This document shows positions 29,142 to 40,009 of a stretch of DNA of 64,000 bases, one piece after another. A program made the translations under genes and the position numbers. The stretch comes from an uncultured Acidobacteriota bacterium (GTDB taxonomy: Bacteria; Acidobacteriota; Thermoanaerobaculia; UBA5066; DATFVB01), in NCBI GenBank assembly GCA_963813155.1, contig CAWEYG010000002.1, forward strand, positions 320,001 to 384,000. The letters are read 5' to 3'. Below the pieces are notes generated by a model that saw only the letters and a program-made list of their open reading frames with translations, had not been told where the DNA came from and searched no databases. Position 1 is the first letter of the stretch. Each line of letters starts with the position of its first letter.

Positions 29142-31025
29142 CGCCGAGCGGAAGGCTTCTTTGAGACGAGGGCGGCGAGCGTCGCCTCCGCCTTTTCGTG
29201 GAGATCGGGGGGAGCGCCGTAGAAAGCTCCCGCGGCGCTCCCCTCCCGATCGAAGAGAAAGAGCGTCGGCACGGCGCTCACGTCGCCGAACAGGCCGACC
29301 CGTTCCGGCGTGCCCATCGCAAACGTCAGCGGAACCTTCATCCCGCGCGCGACCTTGCGTACGTCGGCTTCCTCCGATTGGACGGCGAGGGCGAGCACGG
29401 CGATTCGATCGCCGTATTTCTTCTTCAACTCGCCGAGCCAGCCGAGCGTGCTGCGGCAGGGCGGGCACCACGTCGCCCACATCTCGACGATCACCGCGCG
29501 GCCCGCGAGATCTCTTCGCGAAAGGCTGCGTCCCTCCAGATCCGTCCACGATACCGAGGGCAGGCTCGCGGCGGTCTGCATTTTTCCCGGCGCCGCCTCC
29601 GCGCGCGCCGCGTCTTTCTTTCCCACCAGAATCAGGTCGATCATTCGCGAAAGGTCCGCGCGAAAGCGCTCGTGGCTCTCGGCGCTCTTGAACGGAATGT
29701 ATTTGCCGCTCGCCTTCGGATCCATGTTGAAGAAATCCTTCGGCGTGGCCACGAGCACGTCGTCGACGAAGATCACCGGATAGAACGTCACGCCGAAACG
29801 CTTCGCGAGCTCCGACGCGCCGTAGTTTTCCGAAACGAACCGCGCTCTTCCCCGGTAGTCGTGAACGACGCTCTCGGCCAGCAAACTTGCCGGATCGGAG
29901 AGATTTCAGGTGTAGGGCCAGCGAACCAGGGTGACGGTGACCTCGGGCGCGGGCCTCGGCGCAGCGGGCGAAGCGGGTTCGAGGGCGGCGAAGTACCGGG
30001 GAAGGACGTCCCCCGCGATCGCCGCCGCGGCCGGCGCGTCCGCTCCGGGGGCCGCTCCCGCGACCTCGGCCTGCGCGGATTCCAGAAACAAGCGCCCGAG
30101 GGAATCGTCGACCCGTCCCGCGGCGAGACGCGCGTCGAGCTCCCGAAGGCGCGCCGAGAGAACCTCTCGGCCGACGGCCGTTCCGGCTCCGCGCAACAGA
30201 GAGAAACGCTGCGCGGCCTGGAGATAGCGAAGCAGCGCTCCGTACCGCAGTCCGGCCGCGTCGAGCTCGCGCGCCTCCTTCAGCGTCGAGCTGGCGGCGA
30301 TGAACTCGGCGTGCCGGTCGATCGAGGCCGGAGGCCGATAAGCCTCCAGCATCTCGCCCTCCAGGGAATCCAGCTCGGGCCCGAGGCCGCGCACGGAAGG
30401 CGGGTCCGGCCGGACGGCCGGTGAAAGCGTCCGGCTGAACATCACGAACTCCCTCTGCGCCTCCGCGAGGCCGAGATAGAAGAGACCCTGCGAAGGCATC
30501 GTGTTGCGCCCGTATTCGAGGCTGCTGTCGTAGTAAACCCGGACCTGGGAGAGCGCCGCTTCGCCGAGCGCGCGGGCCGCCGCGGGGGCGACCGCGTTCA
30601 GCGCGTCGGAATCGGGCTTCCCGAGAGAGTCGCGCAGGACACCGCCCATGCGCGTCCATTCTGCTTCGAGACCGCGAACATCCTTGACCTCATGCCGCCG
30701 GGGGGCTCTCGACGTAGGTCGCCGCCGCGAGGTAGGCCCTTGCCGAAGCGAGCCGCTGCAGCGCCAGCAAGCGCCGGCCATCGCGCAGCGCCTGCTCCGC
30801 TCCCGCGATCAAGGGCTCGCTCGCGCCCTTGATCTGGATCCACGTCTCGTCCTTCGACGTGTTTTCCCGCAGCAATTTCGACCAGCGCGAGACTTCCCGC
30901 GCGACGGGATCCGCCGGCTCCACGACGCCCGTCGCGGCCATCGACGCGAGCACGATTGCGCCCAGAGCGCCTACGACCGATGCGGCGAACGGGACACCAT
31001 GCAACCGCCGCTTCGCGAATCTCAC
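29138..31025 (-). CDS. Putative secreted selenoprotein: helical domain, Trx-like UxxS domain and TlpA-like CxxC domain (UGA at 29906-29908; frameshift near 30690)
   Basis: ORFs 29906-30781 and 29138-29884 are in one frame, separated by TGA plus 7 sense codons: TVTLVRWPYT-U-NLSDPAS-LLAESVV...FGVTFYPVIFVDD; later MWATWCPPC; SECIS-like hairpin after the UGA. Confidence 0.75.
29871..29905 (-). promoter_or_regulatory. Putative bacterial SECIS element
   Basis: UGA-AAU-CUCUC-CGAU-CCGGCA-AGUU-UGCUGG-CC-GAGAG: lower stem CUCUC/GAGAG, upper stem CCGGCA/UGCUGG, loop G 20 nt after the UGA. Confidence 0.7.
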
Positions 31026-31056
31026 GGAATCAGCGTGACACAGGAGTCCGCGATTC

Positions 31057-31075
31057 CGCTGTCAAGATCCTGCGC
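31057..31075 (-). promoter_or_regulatory. Repeated operator motif before the selenoprotein gene
   Basis: GCGCAGGATCTTGACAGCG on the - strand; CACGCT 22 nt after TTGACA, then 6 nt to the GTG at 31025. Confidence 0.55.
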
Positions 31076-31078
31076 CTC

Positions 31079-31375
31079 CTACCCCCCCGCGATCGCCCCG
31101 ACGATCAGGAACGGCTCGGTCCCCGCCGCGACGGCGTCGGGCAGCGGGGCATCCGGCGAGTCGTGGGACAGGTCCTCGCCGCACGCGAAGAACCGCACGA
31201 AAGGCCGGCGTTTCTCCGTCACGTGATCGCGGATCGTGCCGCGCAGCATCGGGTAGCCGGATTCGAGCGCCGCGAGGACGGATCTCTGGGTCGCGGGGCC
31301 TTCGACCCGAAGCTCCAGTTCTCCGCCGACGCGCGCCAGCTCCCTCAGGTGAGGCGGGATCACGACTCGAATCAT
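31079..31375 (-). CDS. MoaD/ThiS family ubiquitin-like sulfur carrier
   Basis: [14 protein letters not shown]...[11 protein letters not shown] with C-terminal GG; ATGA overlap with the upstream gene. Confidence 0.9.
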   Translation of the reverse strand: MIRVVIPPHLRELARVGGELELRVEGPATQRSVLAALESGYPMLRGTIRDHVTEKRRPFVRFFACGEDLSHDSPDAPLPDAVAAGTEPFLIVGAIAGG

Positions 31376-32556
31376 CGAAGTGTCTGAACCTCCACGGACA
31401 GCACCGCCGGAAGGTCCCGGACGATCGGTCCCCAGCTGTCTCCCCCGTCGCGGGAAGCGTAGACCTGCCCTCCGGTAGTCCCGAAGTAGACTCCGCAGGA
31501 ATCGAGAGAGTCGACGGCCATCGCATCGCGCAGCACGTTGACGTAGCAGTCCTTTTGCGGCAGGCCCTTCGTGAGAGCCTCCCATTCGTTGCCGCCCGAA
31601 CGGCTCCGATAGACGCGGAGCTTTCCCTCGGGGGGGAAATGCTCTCCGTCGCTCTTGATGGGGACGACGTACACCGTTTCGGGCTCGTGCGCGTGAACGT
31701 CGACGACGAACCCGAAGTCGGTCGGCAGGTTTCCGCTCACTTCTGTCCAGGAATCTCCCGCGTCGTCGCTCCGAAGGACGTCCCAGTGCTTCTGCATGAA
31801 CAGGACGTTCGGCCGGGAGCGGTGCTGGGCGATCCGGTGCACGCAGTGGCCGACCTCGGCGTTCGGATCGGGGATGTACTGCGAGTGGAGCCCCTTGTTG
31901 ATCGGCTTCCACGTCTTCCCGGCGTCGTCGCTCCGGAACGCGCCCGCGGCCGAGATCGCGACGAAGATCCGGTTCGGATCGGCCGGATCGAGGAGGACCG
32001 TGTGGAGGCACATCCCGCCGGCTCCCGGCTGCCACTTCGGGCCGGTGCCGTGCCCGCGCAGCCCCGCGAGCTCGTTCCACGACTTGCCGCCGTCGCCGGA
32101 GAGGAACAGCGCGGCGTCCTCGACTCCCGCGTACACCCTGTCCGGATCGGTCAGCGAAGGCTCGAGATGCCAGACACGCTTGAACTCCCACGGATGCGCG
32201 GTGCCGTCGTACCACTGGTGCGTCGTGAGCGGCTTGCCCGTTTCCGAAGACACGTCGTAGACGAACTTGTTGCTTTCGCCCTTGGGCATTTCCCCCGGGG
32301 CGGGGGCCTGGCCCGGCGGCGTTCCGGGTTGATGCCACGTCTTTCCGCCGTCGTCGGAGCGCTGGATGATCTGCCCGAACCAGCCGCTCGTCTGCGAGGC
32401 GAAAAGGCGATTCGGATCGGCGGGCGAGCCCTTCAGGTGGTAGATCTCCCAGCCCGCGAAATGGGGTCCGCTGACGTCCCATTTTTCCCGTTTCCCGTCG
32501 GAAGACAGGATAAAAGCCCCTTTGCGCGTGCCGACCAGTACTCTCACCCCGCTCAT
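31372..32556 (-). CDS. BNR/Asp-box beta-propeller protein (exo-alpha-sialidase-like annotation family)
   Basis: [10 protein letters not shown]; repeated RSDDGGKTW; [11 protein letters not shown]; GHCVH. Confidence 0.85.
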   Translation of the reverse strand: MSGVRVLVGTRKGAFILSSDGKREKWDVSGPHFAGWEIYHLKGSPADPNRLFASQTSGWFGQIIQRSDDGGKTWHQPGTPPGQAPAPGEMPKGESNKFVYDVSSETGKPLTTHQWYDGTAHPWEFKRVWHLEPSLTDPDRVYAGVEDAALFLSGDGGKSWNELAGLRGHGTGPKWQPGAGGMCLHTVLLDPADPNRIFVAISAAGAFRSDDAGKTWKPINKGLHSQYIPDPNAEVGHCVHRIAQHRSRPNVLFMQKHWDVLRSDDAGDSWTEVSGNLPTDFGFVVDVHAHEPETVYVVPIKSDGEHFPPEGKLRVYRSRSGGNEWEALTKGLPQKDCYVNVLRDAMAVDSLDSCGVYFGTTGGQVYASRDGGDSWGPIVRDLPAVLSVEVQTLR

Positions 32557-32593
32557 CGGAACCTCCTTGTTTTCGCATTTTACACGACGCTTT

Positions 32594-32648
32594 TCCTATT
32601 GCTTTCCCATAGGAGATCGCCGATCCTTGCTATGGCGAAACCATAGGA
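32594..32648. promoter_or_regulatory. Two imperfect palindromes, putative PadR operators
   Basis: TCCTAT-TGCTTTCCC-ATAGGA and CTATGG-CGAAA-CCATAG directly upstream of padR. Confidence 0.5.
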
Positions 32649-32681
32649 GATCTCCGGCGTCCCAGGAGAGAGGGGAGAACG

Positions 32682-33026
32682 ATGGAAGAGAAAGCGGGAG
32701 TCTGGCAGGGAACACTGGCGCTGATGGTCCTCCGGACGCTGCAGATGCTCGGGCCGCTTCACGGCTACGGCATCGCGCGCCGGATCGAGCAGACGAGCGG
32801 CGAGCTTCTTTCGCTCAACTACGGAACGCTCTACCCCGCGCTCCTGAAGCTCGAGCAGGAAGGCTGCATCTCCTCCGAATGGGGCGTGTCGGACAACAAC
32901 CGGAAAGCGAAGTTCTACCGGCTCACGCGCGCGGGACGCCGGCAGCTCGAGAAGGACACGCGGGAATGGGAACAGGCGACGGCCATCCTCGCCCGATTCC
33001 TGGTCCCCGGCGAGGCGAAGTCGTGA
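32682..33026 (+). CDS. PadR-family transcriptional regulator (acidobacterial type)
   Basis: QGTLALMVL, HGYGIARRIEQ, GTLYPAL, SDNNRKAKFY. Confidence 0.9.
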   Translation: MEEKAGVWQGTLALMVLRTLQMLGPLHGYGIARRIEQTSGELLSLNYGTLYPALLKLEQEGCISSEWGVSDNNRKAKFYRLTRAGRRQLEKDTREWEQATAILARFLVPGEAKS

Positions 33027-35703
33027 GCGCGCCCCGGGCGTGGGTGCGTCGTCTCGGCGGAATTGTTCGGCCGCGACGAGCGGGAGCGGGACCTCGCGGC
33101 GGAGCTCGAGAGCCACCTCCAGATGCACGTCGACGACAACATTCGGAACGGCATGACGGCCGAGGAGGCCCGCCGGGCCGCGCTGATGAAGCTGGGCGGC
33201 CTCGAACAGACGAAGGAAGCCGTGCGAGACCGACGGGGAATTCCGTTCTTCGAGGCCGCGGTCCAGGACGCCAGGTACGCCGTTCGAATGCTTCGGAAGA
33301 CCCCCGCGTTCACCTCGGTCGCGGTTCTCACTCTCGCACTGGGGATCGGCGCCAACACCGCCCTTTTCTCCGTGGTGAACGGCGTGCTGCTCAATCCGCT
33401 CCCCTACCCCCGCGCGGACGAGCTCGTCACGCTGCACGAGAGCAAGCCGAATTTCGACGCGGGCTCGCTCTCCTATCCGAACTTCCGCGACTGGCAGAAG
33501 GAGAACCGGACTTTTGCCGCCATGGCCGCCATGCGGCGCACGACGTTCACCGTGACTGGCCGCGGCGAAGCGGAGCAGGCTCGCGGGCTCCTCGTGACGT
33601 CGGACTTCTTCCCGATCCTCGGCATCAAGCCGGTCGCGGGACGCTCGTTCGCCACGGGGGAAGACGAAATCGGCGCGCGGCCGATCGCGCTCGTCTCCGC
33701 GGATCTCGGGAAGCGCAAGTTCGCCGGCGCGGGCAACGCCGTCGGGCAAACCCTGGTCCTCGACGGCAGTCCGTTCACCGTCGTCGGCGTGATTCCCGCC
33801 GGGTTCGACCTGACTCTGAGGAGCGAGGTCCGCCCGGAAATCTTTCTCCCGATCGGCCAATGGGGGAACACGCTGCTCTTGAACCGGGGCGCCGGCCTCG
33901 GAATCCACGGAATCGGCAGGCTGCGGCCGGGGGTGTCGCTCGCGGCGGCGAGGGAGGACATGAGCCGCGTGACCCGCAACCTCGCGGCCGCCTACCCGGA
34001 CAAGGACAAGGGGATCGGCGCCACGCTCATTCCGCTCAAGCAGCAGATCGTCGGAGAAATCCGACCCTTCCTGTTCGCGCTGCTCGCGGCGGTCGGATTC
34101 GTCCTGCTCATCGCGTGCGTCAACGTCGCGAATCTCCTCCTCGCGCGCTCCACCTCGCGCTCGCGCGAATTCGGGATCCGGACGGCCCTCGGCGCGGGAA
34201 GGGGGCGGATCGTGCGGCAGCTGCTGACCGAAAGCGTGCTCCTGTCGCTGGCGGGGGGCGCGCTCGGCCTCTTCCTCGCGAGCCGGGGGACGAAGGCCGC
34301 GATGCACGTGCTCGGATCGGCGGTACCCGGCGCCGCGTCGATCGGCATCGACGGCCGCGTGCTCGCCTTCACCACCGTTGTCTCGCTCCTCGCCGGAATT
34401 CTCTTCGGCCTCGCTCCCTCGCTCCGGAGCTCTCGGAGTCCTTCGCAGCAGGCTCTCAAGGAAGGGGGACGCGGCGCGATCGCCGCCCGGCATCGCGCGC
34501 AGGACGTGTTCGTGGTCCTCGAGCTCGCGATGGCGCTCGTGCTGCTGATCGGCGCGGGGCTGATGATCCGAACGCTTTCGCGCCTCTGGAGCGTCGACGC
34601 GGGGTTCGACGCGAAGAATCTCCTGACCTTCAACCTTTCGCTCCCCCCGTCGATCAGCGCGGCCCCGCCCGCGACGATCCGGGCGGCGCTCCGCGAGCTG
34701 GACGCGAAGCTCGAAGCGGCGCCCGGCGTGCAGGCCTCGTCCTACTCCTGGGCTTCCTTCCCGCTCCTCGGAGACGACGAGGCGCTCTTCTGGATCGACG
34801 GCCAGCCGAAGCCCGCGAACACCAACGACATGAACTGGTCGCTCAAGTACGTGGTCGAGCCCGGTTATCGGAAAGCGATGGGGCTCCGGCTCGCGCGCGG
34901 GCGATTCCTCGAGCGCGGGGACGACGAGAAGTCCCCCTTCGTGGCGGTCGTCGATGACGTTTTCGCTCGCACCTATTTCGGTTCGGCCGATCCGGTCGGA
35001 AAGCGCCTGAACATCGACGGCTTCGAGTCGCCGGCGACGATCGTCGGCGTCGTCGGCCATGTCCGCCAGTGGGGACTCGACGCGGACGATTCGCAGAAGC
35101 TTCGGGCGCAGATCTACATGGCCGGCGCCCAGATGCCGGACGCCTACGTCGCGGGCAACGCCTCCGGCATGTGGATAGCGATCCGCTCGCAGGGACCGCC
35201 GTCGCTCCTCGGTCCCGCAATCCGGCGCCTCCTCCAGGACGATCGAAGCGGGCAGGTCGTTTACGGAATGAAGACGATGAAGGAAATCCTCTCCGAATCT
35301 CTCGCCGCGAGGCGCTATTCGATGATCCTGCTCGGCGCGTTCGCTGCCCTCGCGCTCGTCCTCTCGGCGATCGGCATCTACGGCGTGGTGTCGTTCGTCG
35401 TCGGACAGAGGAAGGGGGAAATCGGAATCCGCATGGCGATGGGCGCGCAGCGGAGAGACATCCTGCGCCTGATCGTCGGCCAGGGGGGAAGACTGGCGGC
35501 GGCGGGAGTCGGCCTGGGAGTCCTCGGCGCCTTCGCCCTGACGCGCCTGATGTCGCGGCTGCTCTTCGGGGTCGAGCGCGCTCGACCCGCTCACGTTCGG
35601 CGCGATGGCGTTCGTTCTCGCCGCGGTGGCCCTGCTGGCGTGCTACATACCCGCCCGCGCGGCGGCGCGGCTCGACCCGATCGTGGTGCTGCGCGCCGAA
35701 TAG
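33023..35703 (+). CDS. ADOP-type duplicated orphan ABC permease (MacB/FtsX domains); frameshifts near 33055 and 35580
   Basis: [49 protein letters not shown]; ends [17 protein letters not shown] in a shifted frame. Confidence 0.85.
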
Positions 35704-35714
35704 CCCGGACGGCG

Positions 35715-35743
35715 TTGCAATCTCGCGGGCGGGATGCTATGTT
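35715..35743 (+). promoter_or_regulatory. Sigma70 promoter of tRNA-Ala
   Basis: TTGCAA-17 nt-TATGTT with extended -10 TG. Confidence 0.6.
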
Positions 35744-35756
35744 TTCCCGCTCTCGT

Positions 35757-35833
35757 GGGGCTGTAGCTCAGTTTGGGAGAGCGCCTGAATCGCACTCAGG
35801 AGGTCGTCAGTTCGATCCTGATCAGCTCCACCA
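35757..35833 (+). tRNA. tRNA-Ala (anticodon CGC)
   Basis: GGGGCTG acceptor stem with G3:U70, anticodon arm CCTGA-ATCGCAC-TCAGG, TTCGATC T-loop, 3' ACCA. Confidence 0.95.
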
Positions 35834-35928
35834 TCCTCCTTCGCCTTTCTTCGAAGCCTCCAACGGGGGTTTCGGCTACGGCGCGATTGAGGGTCCGACC
35901 GTGAACTCGAGAAGCGAAGGAGGATGCC

Positions 35929-35995
35929 GCGCCATAGCTGTCACGCCGAAGCTTCAGCGAAGGCGGAAGCTCGGCGAAGACGAGCGAAGGCGGGC
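35929..35995. repeat. REP-like palindromic units
   Basis: GCCGAAGCTTCAGCGAAGGCGG followed by a second ...AGCGAAGGCGGG unit, just downstream of the tRNA. Confidence 0.45.
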
Positions 35996-36008
35996 ACTTC
36001 CCCCTCGC

Positions 36009-38419
36009 CTACTTCGGCAGCGTCACCTTGAACTCGATCTTCGCCAGTTGCTCGGGCGCCTTGCCGATCTTGTGCAGGAACGCCAGCCAGCGCGGGTCGG
36101 CGTGGATCTTGGCGAACAGGTTCTCCGTCACGATTTCGCCAATACCGGGGTCGCCGTACTCGACTGCCTTGTCGAGCCACTCGAACGCCTTGTCCGTTTC
36201 GCCGCGGTAGGCATAGACGTAGGCGATGTTATAGGGCGCGCCCTTCTCCCACTTCACGATCAGCGCGGCCAGCGCAGCGTCCGAGTCGGCCGTGCGCCCG
36301 AGCGCGTGATTCGCCATCGGCAGGCCGATCATCTTGTGGACCTCGCTCGTCTCCTGTTCGATCTCCGCCAGCGCGCCCTGCGCATCGGCCTTCAGCAGCA
36401 GCGCAGTGCCAATTTCGGCATGCGCGCTGCCCCGGCCCGGAGCGAGGCTCAGCACGGTTCGGTACGACGCGATCGCCGCGTCGAGCCGGCCGGCCATGCG
36501 CTGGTGGACACCCAGGCTGAAGAGCGCGCTCACATTCACCGGATCGCGGCGCACGACGGTCTCGTCGAGCGTCAGCGCCTCGTCCAGGCGGCCGAGAGAC
36601 ATGAGCAGCGTGGCGCTGTTGCTCAGCACGCGCGGGTCCGCCGGATCGAGCGCCAGCGCGCGATTGAGGTGCTGCGCCGCGGCGGCGAGGTCGTTGTCGC
36701 CGTACATCGCGATCCAGCCGAGCCGGGCGTGGGCCGGCGCGTACTCCGGATCGATCGCAAGTGCCTTCGTGGCCGCCTCGCGGGCTTGGGCGTAGCCCTC
36801 CTTGCTTGGGCAGCAGACCTTGATCCGCCTCGTTGGTGAAGTTGCCTGACAGCTCGGCCCACGCCGGGGCGTAGCGCGGATCGATCGCCAGCACCTTGCG
36901 GTACAGCGCGTCGGACTGCTTGAACGCATCGGCGGTGAACTGCTGTCTGAGCTGCCTGGCCTGCAGGTACAGCGCGTAGCCCTCGGGGTCGGTCGTGCGC
37001 GCCTTCGGCGCCGCGCCGAGCAACGTGACCTTGAGCTGCTTCACCACGTCGGCCGCGATCTCGTCCTGAATCGCGAAGATGTCGGTAAGCTTTCGATCGT
37101 AGGTCTGCGACCAGAGGTGCGTGTCGGTTCCGGCCCTGATCAACTGCGCCGTGATCCGCACCTGGTTGCCGGCCTTGCGAACCGAGCCTTCGAGTACGTG
37201 CGCCACGTGGAGCTTCCGCGCGATCTCGGGGATTGCAATTTCCTTGCCCTTGAACGAGAACGACGACGTCCGCGCGGTCACCTGCAGCTGCGGAATCTTC
37301 GCGAGCAGGTTCAGAAGCTCCTCGGAAATGCCGTCGGAGAAGTACTCGTTCGACTTGTCGTCGCTCATGTTGACGAACGGTAGCACGGCGATCGAATGCT
37401 CCGAAATGTCGGCCTGGACGCCCGGGCGCAAACCGCCGCGCTTCCAGAGCAGGAGACCAGCGACCACCGCAACGAGAACGCCGGTCGCCGCGAAGACGCC
37501 GGCTCGGCGCCAGCTTGGAGCCGGGACGGCCGCCCGCGCGCCGCTTGTGCTTGAGCCCGTGCTCGTCGAGCCGGACGTCTCCGACAGGGCAAAGACGATG
37601 TCCCGGGCTCCCTGGAACCGATTGTTTGGGTCCTTCTCCAGACAGTGCCGCACAATGTGATCGAGCGCGACCGGGATGTTTCGACCCGATTCGGAGATAT
37701 CCGGCGGCTCCTCCTTCAGGATCGCGCTCATCGTGTCTGCCGCCGTGTCCCTCTTGAACGCTCGCTGGCCGGAAAGCATCTCGTAGAGGACCGCTCCGAA
37801 GGAGAAGATGTCTGAGCGGTGATCGACTTCGCGTCCCCGCACCTGTTCGGGCGACATGTATCCCATCGTGCCCATGACGGTGCCGGGCTCGGTCCCCTTC
37901 GACTGCGTCGGCGCGCTCGTCTGTCCTTCGACCTTCAGTTCGGCCCTCTTGGCCAGGCCGAAGTCGAGGATCTTCACGTGCCCGTCTTTCGAGACGAAGA
38001 CGTTCTCGGGCTTCAGGTCCCGGTGGACGATCCCCTTCTCGTGGGCGGCGGAGAGTCCCTTCGCGATCTGGATCGCGTAGTCGACGGCGAGTTTCTGGGG
38101 GAGCGCTCCGGAGTCGAGCCGGTCGCGCAAAGTCTGGCCGGAGAGAAGTTCCATGACGGCGTACGAAATGCCGTGATCCGTCCCGAAATCGAAAATCGAG
38201 AGGATGTTCGGGATGCGACAGCGCGGCGACGGCTTTGGCCTCCCGCTCGAACCGCGCGAGCATGTCCGGGTTCGCGGCAACGGTTTCAGGGAGAACTTTG
38301 ACGGCGACGTCGCGGTCGAGCTTCGAATCCCTCGCCCGGTACACCTCGCCCATGCCGCCGGCGCCGATCGGCGCAAGAATCTCGTAGGGACCGAGGCGGG
38401 TTCCCGGGGAAAGGCTCAA
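36009..38419 (-). CDS. Ser/Thr protein kinase with TM helix, TolB-like (SIAVLPF) domain and TPRs; frameshifts near 38215 and 36805
   Basis: [49 protein letters not shown] repeats. Confidence 0.9.
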
Positions 38420-38702
38420 TGGATTTCTCCTGTGGCAGTGATTCTATGCTTTCCACCGGATCGACATCGGTGGGCATCCAGTTGCACGCGACGAAGGCTA
38501 AGCGGCTGATTCTTCGAGAAGGCGAGTTCGATATTTTCCCAGTATGCCCCACCAATCATATCGAAGGATTTGGGTTGGCCGCCTCCCCGAACTGGCGGCC
38601 CAACTATTTTGCATTCAGAAGGTCAGCGGTTCATCCCGGTTTCGTTTGACCAACGACTCTGAAGGGCTTCGACGCGGCCGCGAGCACCGGATCCGTGGCC
38701 AG

Positions 38703-38740
38703 TGTCCACACTTTTTTCCACATCGGACGTACCCACTCGG
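38703..38740. repeat. Degenerate third copy of the att-arm-like repeat
   Basis: TGTCCACAC-TTT-TTTCCACA...TACCCACTCGGG resembles the start of the 46290 and 51116 repeats. Confidence 0.4.
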
Positions 38741-38798
38741 GCTCAGTGCCGCCTGTCGCGGAATATTAGAGGTCTGCTCGCGCCCGGCTATGTCCTTC

Positions 38799-39998
38799 TC
38801 AGCGGAGTAGCCACTCTGGCTTGAAAAGCGGAAAAGCGATCAGTCCCACAATTCCACCAGCCAGGACGATGAGCGGCTCGGGGATCTTCTTGAGCGCGAA
38901 CAAAAGAGCAAGCGTTCCGATTCCGATCGCCGCCGTGGGCCAGTCTCCGATCGCGGTCTTTCCGACGAGGTAGGTCGTCCCGAAAAGCACGCCGACGACA
39001 GCGACAGTCACCCCGCGAATGAAGCCCCGGAGCCGAGGGTTGTCCCGGTGCCGAAGGAGCAGCGGGGTTGCGGCGACGGTGAACAGTACGGACGGGCTGA
39101 AGATTCCGACGGTCGAGGAGAGCGCGCCTGGAAAGCCGTTCAGGACGTAGCCCACGAACGTGGCACTGACGACCACGGGACCTGGCGAGATCATGCCGAT
39201 CGCGACGGCGTCGAGGAACTCCCGGTTGCCGAGCCAGTGATATTGATCGACGACGTAGGTCTTCAGAAACGGCACGATGACAAGGCCGCTCCCGAAAACG
39301 AGTAGTCCGGTCTTGAAGAAAAAGAGGAACAGCTTGAGCGTCATACCGGTCGCCGTTCCGGCAGCGGCAACGGCTGCGATGGGAGCAGCGATGGAGGGCT
39401 TCCTGGGCCCTGGAATCGGCCTCGCGGTCGGCGATCGCGCTCCCGGTCTCGCGAAGAGAAACATCCCGATGACTCCGGCGATGACGAAAAGCGGCGCAAG
39501 CTCCTTCTGGACGATCACCGTAATCCCGCAGGCGATCACGGAAATGAGCAATGCCAGTCGGTCGCGGCGCAGAGTCTTGCGGCCCAGATTCCAGCAGGCC
39601 TTGAGAATGAGGGCCACGACGACCGGCCCGATCCCGTAGAAGAGGGCTCGCAGTTGCCAGGCGTTCGTGAATCGCGTGTACGCGAACGCAGCGCTGACGA
39701 CGAGGACGAACGGTGTCAGAGCAAATGCCGCGGCAACGGCCACTCCGCCGATCACGCCGAACCGAACGTACCCACAGTAGACGGCCAGCTGGTACGCGAG
39801 GGGTCCCGGACAGGCTGCGGCGATCGCGAGCCCATCGTCGTACTCGCCTTCGGTGATCCAGCCCCGGCTGTCGACCAGATCGCTCCGCATCGCATTGGCA
39901 AGCGCCACCGGGCCGCCAAAACCAAGCGATCCGAGCCGGAGAAAATAGAGGACGAGTTGTCTCAGAGTCGGCGGTCGCTGGAGAGAGGAGTCGTTCAT
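38799..39998 (-). CDS. chrA: Chromate efflux transporter (long-chain CHR)
   Basis: LGFGGPVA, CPGPLA, LVFGSGLV, ISPGPV duplicated CHR motifs. Confidence 0.9.
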   Translation of the reverse strand: MNDSSLQRPPTLRQLVLYFLRLGSLGFGGPVALANAMRSDLVDSRGWITEGEYDDGLAIAAACPGPLAYQLAVYCGYVRFGVIGGVAVAAAFALTPFVLVVSAAFAYTRFTNAWQLRALFYGIGPVVVALILKACWNLGRKTLRRDRLALLISVIACGITVIVQKELAPLFVIAGVIGMFLFARPGARSPTARPIPGPRKPSIAAPIAAVAAAGTATGMTLKLFLFFFKTGLLVFGSGLVIVPFLKTYVVDQYHWLGNREFLDAVAIGMISPGPVVVSATFVGYVLNGFPGALSSTVGIFSPSVLFTVAATPLLLRHRDNPRLRGFIRGVTVAVVGVLFGTTYLVGKTAIGDWPTAAIGIGTLALLFALKKIPEPLIVLAGGIVGLIAFPLFKPEWLLR

Positions 39999-40009
39999 TG
40001 TCGCCTTGT

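Noticed and set aside
30690-30692. Second UGA as possible Sec in the same gene
   Set aside because: Coding continues in a different frame and there is no redox motif; it is a frameshift stop
35580-36839. 1258-aa permease ORF extending through the tRNA
   Set aside because: Result of the frameshift near 35580; the true C-terminus ends at TAG 35701-35703
38460-38700. Possible IS1595 transposase or integrase remnant (TNHIEGF)
   Set aside because: Only a 7-residue resemblance, with no other catalytic motifs or terminal repeats
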